From positions 9,544,587-9,608,586 of the forward strand of contig CM120648.1 of NCBI GenBank assembly GCA_051362555.1: DNA of 64,000 bases, given 5' to 3'. The stretch's first letter is position 1. Each line of letters opens with the position of its first letter. Under the pieces are notes generated by a model. The model did not search any database, was not told where the DNA came from, and worked only from the letters and a program-made list of their open reading frames with translations. Source of the stretch: Lingula anatina (taxonomy: Eukaryota > Animalia > Brachiopoda). The translations under genes were made by a program, and so were the position numbers. Positions 56,403-64,000 of the stretch are shown here, one piece after another.

Positions 56403-59400
56403 TACCATGAACCATGGTCCCCAGGGTGTGTGTCCCTTGTGTTGGACCTCCTAATGTATCAGGGTGTGTTTGTGAACATAACAGTCAGTCACCTGTGTAG
56501 GTGGCACAGACTGGTTTAGTCTGGTAAGAGAGAGCTTTAGTCAGATTGCTTTTTGATGCCCTGGCTGATTGTTGAACATGAAGTCCAACTTAGCCAGCTA
56601 GAGCTTTGTTACAAGATTTTAGTAAAAAAAATTACTAATGATTTTTTTTTTCGTGAAATGGGGACCTGCTTTTATTAGACAATTAAAAAAGAAACCTGTG
56701 TAATTATACTTTTTTTAAGCAGAAATGTTCGTTAGCTTGGTAGTTGAATATTAATCAGCATTTTTAAACACTAGCTGGAAAAAAATTCCAGCTTATGTTA
56801 AATAATTAGGATTTATATACTTCTTTTTTTTTCTTGTCTTTTGCACATGTACATGTTAATGACAGGATATAGGAAGAGGTGGCTTAGATTTATTTACTTA
56901 TTTATTTTTATGTGAACAAATTAATGTCATAACCCATAAGTTTTTCAATCAGTTATTTTTCTCTAACTGACCTGCACTTACAAAGTATTACATGTGTAAG
57001 CTTAGAGCTTGAATATTTGTATTGTATCTATAGATATGATGATTCTTGATAATAGTTCACAGTTGAAGATAGAAATGTTTGCCAAAACGTTAAGCTGAGA
57101 TAAGAATGAATGCATGTTAGCTTGAGGCCAGAATTTAATTTTTAAAAAGTTACTATTAATATATTTGAAAAGTCAAACAGAGGCACCACATAACTAAAAA
57201 TAATTGAAAACTTTTGACAAGAAATTTTAAAGTATTTGGAAACTTGTGCATATACCACATAACAATAAATACTTGTAAGTTTTTGACTCAAATTAATTTT
57301 TTTATTTTCAAAACTCACACATCCCTACCACACATACTTATAACAAATGACCCCACCTTCAATAATTGTCAACCTCGCTCAAGTATCCATCTCAGTATTT
57401 TAACAATTTACCGCGCCGCTCGGTTATCAAGGTGTTATTGCTCGAGCATCACAGGGTGACTCCCGCTCTCGCCACCAACACCAACCAATTATTGAACAGA
57501 GCAAATAATTTCTACCTATCTTCTCATATAGCAACTATAAATTATTATAAGGGTAATATTGTAGAAATCATCCGAAACCATGTGATAAATCTTGTTAATT
57601 AGTCATGAATAAAGGATATAGACATTACATATCAATATCAGGGCGAGTGGGGTGTCTTGAGACAGTGCCATAAGGACACTGGATATACCCCAGGGGATTA
57701 ACACCTAGTTTTCAAGTAGGCAGGTTTACACAAAAATAAATCTGGTGCGATCCTGATGCGAACCAAGTATGGTGACATTAATTTGCTTGGATGCAGTAAA
57801 ACACAGTGGGTGAATAAATAAGAAAAATTTTAATATGCTCATTTCTTGTACAAAGTTATTAACTGACAACTAGATATAAAGTAGCCAAACATTTGCTCTT
57901 GTTTTGAAGCTTTGCCCGAGGTTGATTCAGTTTGTTTGGTGTAAACCCCACCTAATGACATCATAGGTGCAATGACATCATTACTTAGGATTACAGATTG
58001 AGTCAATATTAAGTGGGAATGACGTTAAATTTTCTATGATTTTAAGTGCATCTTTATGGATGAAATGTATTTGTATCAGATTATGCTGTTACATCACTGG
58101 GTGTTATAGGGGTATTATATTGTTCTATGGGTCAAGAGGAATTATGGCACGGAAAGTGTGTATGCTGTAACAGCTGTGACTTTCTGCAGTTCATGGGAAT
58201 AAGATGAAATGATTTTGTAGTCCATTGGTTGAATTTTGCATGCTTTCTTTATTTCATATCCAACCTTCTCAGATCTCTCTCTCTCCTCATACACACACAC
58301 ACGCACGCACGCATGCACGCACACACACGAACATATGCGCATACACGCAAACATGCATGTGCACACAAACATGCACACACATGCATGTACGCACACATAC
58401 CATGTACACGCACACATACATCAGCCACACATTCCTCAAATGTGCTGAAGTAATTGCTACTCGCTCATTTCCTTTGTACATCACCATTTATCAAAGATGT
58501 ACACAGGATCCCCAATGGGCTGAGGAGATCATAATTATTGTGTTTAATGCTTCATTTTGTGCCTAATGAAGTGAAAGGACTCCTGCTGTCAGATCTGAGG
58601 ATTAGACAGACAGAGACAGATTTTGTGGGGAAATAATATTTTTTTTATCTAAAGTGTGTTAAGATTGTCCTGTTGAAAAGTTTTTTGTTTGTTTATTGTA
58701 TGTTTATTTTAGCATCTAGATATTTTATTTGGTAACTGATTTAATTACTTTTGAATTAATTCCGTTATGATGACACGTTCTTTATTTATTTATTTATTTA
58801 TTTATTTTTATTCTATTTTTCATATTTACATGTGCATACTTACCTTTGCGAATGCACATGCTTAATAAGTCAAAAACCGTTGGCTGTTTTTCAGTGGGTT
58901 GGAAAAGGTCACCTTATTTAGTTGAGATAATAAAGATTCAGGATGATAAGTTTTTTGGTAATGAGTCATAAGGATTGCTATCCTTGCATCTGGTTGAACC
59001 AATTTGTTGTCTAATTATCTGTGTCTCTTATCGGCTGATTAACTTGACGGGACGCGGGGCATATTGTATTGAAAAACAATCTTGAGACTGGATCTTAAAA
59101 TTTGACTGACATGGCCACATGGTGTGGCATTTTTTAAACAAAAATATATTCACCAAAGATATGCATGACTCACATAATCAGCTGCTGTTCTCCTTGTCAA
59201 ATCATATTTTTTTAAAGAAATTAGATTTAAAAAATAATTAGCTTTATATGTATCTTACTTGCGTATCTCTCTTTAATTGAATTTGGCCACTGATGAGGTT
59301 TTATTGCAGTTGACATACATAGAGACATAGACTTCTCTCTAGGTTTCGTCTTTTGATAAGTTTTGATATTTTTTAAAGTTTTTGCAACTAACTTAGTCAT

Positions 59401-62400
59401 TTGACTTAATAAAATTGATTTTTATATGGGAATAGTTAAGATTTTTGATAGGCAGTTTTTGTTTCCTCATTTATAACATAACGCTGGGAAAAATAATTCT
59501 TGAATATTTCCTTTTATTATATTCTCTCTCTTTCTCTCTCATTGAAGATAGGTGTCAGAGAAAGGTTAAAAATTAGTTCAGGTGGCTGGGGTTCAACCAT
59601 CTGTAATAACCTCAGAAACTGAGCTCTTTTCTATTTTTGCACCTAATATTATGTATAATATTTGCTCTTAACTGAATTACCCCAGTGTAGCGAATATCCC
59701 ATGAGAAGGCCATATTTACACAGAGTTGACAGAAACTAACCTGGGGCAAATGTTACACAGTAGAGATATAGGAACAGAGAAATCCACAAAGCAAATACGG
59801 CACTAGAGAGATAGGGAGGGAGAACAATGGGGCGAGGCTGAACACAATGGCGGACAGGCACTACACTGCTTGTGGCGGTGACTGGGGTCTTTGATGTCAT
59901 GAAGCTGTCTCTACGTGATCGTAAATCATGTGCGTTTTACGACAATGGATATTTGTGTGGAAGTTGAAGGATTCAGCTTTCTTGTTGTGGAATTACTCTT
60001 GCAGTTCATTGGTTCTTTTTAGAAATTGTAGCTTTCTTCTTTTTTTAAACCCCTCCAATGTTGTGTAGTGTCAGAGGTCTGAAGTCATTTTTTACCTCCT
60101 TTTCACAGGTTTTTCACTCCTCAAGAAGCATCGGTTAACTATGCGAGACAAAAGGTCTTTGATCTGAAGAGAATGTATTAGCTTTTTTTCTTCAATTTTG
60201 ATTTGGAATTTTGTTGAAAAATTGGTGATAAATCAGATATTTAATGATATGATTAGATACTTGAAGATATTCAAAAACAGCATTTCACTGCTCATTTATT
60301 TTAACCAGATGAATTTTTGTCTGAAACTGAACAAAGATAAATAGCACTTTTTCAGACAGGAGAATTTCACCTATAATTTGGTAGGTATTATTGATATCTT
60401 TTTTATTTGTTAACATATTTTAGATACTTATAAAATGCCCTGCTAGACATACCTACACTGTAATTTTTAAGGCACCAAATTTTTTTGTATCAGCTCGTGT
60501 CATCACTCATTTTCTCACCTTTCTGCACATTTTATTTTCTCAGAAAAAAACCCATCTAGCCAGCGATAGATTGAATTTTAATGGTGGTGAACAGTTGACA
60601 GCCTTTTGTATCTAACCAGACTGTTATTTTATTGGGTGTCTTTGAAGGAAATTGTGTCTCGTTTGGATTGAATTTTATAGCATTTGGGTGTCGCCACTAG
60701 GTGGGGCACAGAGTATCTTGCATGTCGCATTCAGTTAGGAGTTTTTGTCCTCCTCTTCCATGCTCCTTAAGTTGATGATATTTGGCAGATTTATTCTTTT
60801 TTTTTTTTTTTTTTTAACAATCGACAGCAATTGAAATAGTGCCCAAGAATGAAAAATGCTCTTTTCATCGCAGAATTTTTTTTTTTTCATATGATGTACA
60901 AATTTTTTTAGTTTTGACTGAAATTGCTTTTACTTTTTTTTTACTAAAAAAAAAGTTTGCTTTCCTCCCTTTTCACATAGATTACATGGTCCAAGTAGAA
61001 ATTTTTATTTCTCGTTTCTCTTTATTTTCTTTTTCCTTTTCATTGACATCAGTTTTGTTTAAGCCTAAAACATTAATGGTTTATGTTTTGCTTTTTACTT
61101 CCTCAAATTTTTGTAATGACTTTCATCAGGTCTTAGTAATTTTACATATTTTTCTTCTCCTGGTATTGAGGATAAAGAAGCAAGTTGGCTTCCACTTTTG
61201 CTTCTGTCTTTAAACTTCTGTTCCAGAATACCAATATTATCTCTTTGCCACTCTGATTATGGTCGTTTATTCTACAGCTAAGAATAAAGAGACTTTGATA
61301 ATCTCTTTTAATTTCAGTTTACAAGTTGTCATACACTCCCTTTTTCTAACTTTTGGCCGTGGATGACTTTACCACTACCCTGTGTGACTTGTGCTTAGAA
61401 GTTTCTTAACCTCTTCCCAGGGACTTTAGACACAGACCACTTTCATGTTACTGTTTGAAGTCTCGTTTTGTCCATTTTTTGTGGGTTGGTCTGGGAAATT
61501 GTTCTATCAGTGGGACACTTGAAGAAGATATTTGGTGGTTTGGAGGTGTAACAGATGAAAAAAAGTTTTTCATTTACTGGAACACTTTCAAATATTAGGC
61601 ACATACCTGTAGCGGCGTCTCTGAAAGGCGCTCTGAAAAGCAAAAAAGTGAAATGAACGAAGAGGGTAGTTAGTTGGAAAAAAATGAACACTGAGATGAT
61701 TGTACTCTTGCCAAAATCACCATGTGACAATAGAAAAATTCCAAGTGGAAATTTGGCATATGAAGACTGGAGTGATTTTATGCAGTGACAGACATTTAAG
61801 AAAATTTGCCTGTGAGGTATTACATAGGGATACACGATCCTAGGCTTAAAGCACTTTAAAGCTGCAAGATAAACAAAAAGATGGCTTCTTTGAGAGAAAA
61901 AAAAAGAACAACAAATAATCACTGTTGTAATACAACCTCAGAAACCATTCAGATCTCGTTTGTTTTTTCAACGTGTCTTATCTTATCAAACTGCAGGGTA
62001 TTATTTTACCAACGAGGCATCATTTTTGGTCTTAACAGGATCTAGCCTTGTTTGTCAAGCAGGGAAAAATAATTTACTAATGCACAATTCATGTTGGAGC
62101 TGTCGTCCCACTCCTGTGTCAGATTTATAGGCGTAGAATGTCTAAGCTCTTCCTAAATTGCTACAGGGAGGGATTTGTAAGGTTTGGTGTCTTCAATGTG
62201 TAGCCCCACGATGCATTTTTTTCCAGAAGGAAAAATTAAAAAATAAAAAGACAGCAGCGAAATCATTGTAAATTGGCCAAAAAAATGTGTCTTGTTCTTT
62301 ATTTCCTTTTGTCAAAATCACTTATTTTTATCGACTGGCTAAAATTTCACATGTTTGTGTTTGCCTGCAGCACAATATACAAGTTACAATGGTATATATT

Positions 62401-64000
62401 GTGGAGGCTGAGTACTTTCTATTGAGAAGTGGAGTCAAAATGCACAACTCGTGCTGCCAAAGGGGTAAGAAGGGTTCGCTAAGCATGCGTGAGATTGGTG
62501 AACAGTGTCATATCTTAAATCCCCCCAAGGTGAGATTGTACTACGCCATAATGGAAGGGTTATGGGTTGAAAAACCTTTGCTGAAAGATTTATAAGATGT
62601 ATGTAAATTGTTGTTTAAAATATGGAAGACTGGAAAAAATGTTTTGGTTCAGCTAATATGATGATCACTTTGGTTTTAAACTACAAATTGTACTTGCAGT
62701 AGAATTATCTTTTAAAAGGATCTGCATTAACATCTTCCCTAATACATTTATTGAAAAAAAATGTTTTGATCTAATTTAATCTGGGGAAGTAAGCTAAAGG
62801 ATTGATTTTGTTTTGAATGTTTACACACTTAAAAAGAAAAATTACATCATGAAACTCCGCAGGAATTTAATTTGGCAAAATTGAATCTTTTCCACCTCAA
62901 ACAAATCGTACATGTAGATTAGATCAAATACTTCACACATTGTACTCAGAGGATGGACACCAAAATGTATTCTTTGCACAAAAATTCTCTGTTTATGAAC
63001 AAATTTTCATTTGGTATCAACAGCTGGTGAACAATAGAAATCCCGCAATTAAAAAATCATCCGTCAGGATTGGTCATGACAACACACCTGGTGAAAAGAT
63101 GCAGCTAAAAAGGACAATCAAACCCCAATATATCTAAATATACTTTTAATAGCCCTCTGGGATTAAGCTAGCTGTCGTGGCCCTCAGGGTTATAACCTAG
63201 AAGGTATCATGATGGCGAAAAGAAGAGGATTTAGATCGATGAGATGATTGGACTGGTATCTTAATCTCCGAAAGAGCATGTGGCTTAAGATAGTTCTTTT
63301 CAGCTTTGTATTTTTTTTCTGTAATTTAAGGAAAATTGGTTTAGAATTTGTAAGCTTGGCTACAGAATAAGGGAATAATCTGCTAACAAACCTGTGGTTC
63401 ATTTAAAGGCGGGTAAATTAATGCAAAGGACACAATGGATTAAGGAATGGGTGTCATTCTTAATAGATATATGTACACTGTGCTTCTGGTTTATCCACAA
63501 AATCTGTAGCAAAATTAAACAGTTTCAGCATTTGAAAAAAAAAAAAGATTTGTCATCTCAAGATGTGCATGTAAAATAATTTAATCAAATTGTAACCCTG
63601 CCCCCCCCCCTTTACCCGCCATATCACTTACCCAGGGGCAATTTGTCTGGGCATGGACCCTTTTAACACATAACCCTTAATTCCTACAGTTAATACACAA
63701 AGTTATTATCTTAACATAGCCTCAAAAACAAACATGTCAATACCTCTCAGATCTGAAGACCACGATCCATGGTTCTTCTTTAATTAGAATATGGCTACTA
63801 TGGCTACCCTTAGGATGTGAGATTACTGGAAACAGCAGAATGATGCTGGTAATGGAGCTTATAAAATGATAATTGTGATGCTTTTGTAGATATTCATTCC
63901 AGTATTAGACATGGGTTCTTTTTTCTCAACCTCGAACAATTTTCAAAATGGGAGTTGAGTGCTCTCAACACTCTCTGGCAGATTATTGTTTCATGATTTG

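Noticed and set aside
61443-61922. 159-aa minus-strand ORF
   Set aside because: Phe/Ile-rich composition typical of AT-rich non-coding DNA, with no domain or convincing splice context.

Overview
AT-rich, intron-rich, microsatellite-rich animal genomic DNA. An invertebrate, probably a mollusc or other lophotrochozoan, is inferred from the repeat landscape and is not proven. Three spliced genes were reconstructed by hand from GT-AG boundaries. (1) LRRC23, + strand, 8 coding exons, 6081-12064, 335 aa. (2) A class IA PI3-kinase p110alpha (PIK3CA), - strand, 19 coding exons, 15769-26586, 1063 aa, with a 5' UTR exon near 29810-29930. (3) A ZMAT3/ZNF385-type matrin zinc-finger gene, + strand, head-to-head with PIK3CA, with exons from 30242 to at least 49722 and no 3' end found. 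A fourth, unidentified gene made of very short exons appears to run leftward from the LRRC23 promoter. Introns hold many non-autonomous transposons: PIF/Harbinger-like MITEs, CAGG-ended MITEs with 5-6 bp TSDs, a Ginger-like MITE, a Helentron-type element with internal satellite repeats and a solo LTR. The most notable signals are tandem duplications of exon ends joined by a Helentron terminal motif, the PIK3CA-ZMAT3 divergent pair, substitutions at conserved or oncogenic-hotspot p110alpha positions, an LTR promoter pointing at PIK3CA, and candidate alternative last exons of LRRC23. No database searches were possible; comparisons to human proteins are from memory.
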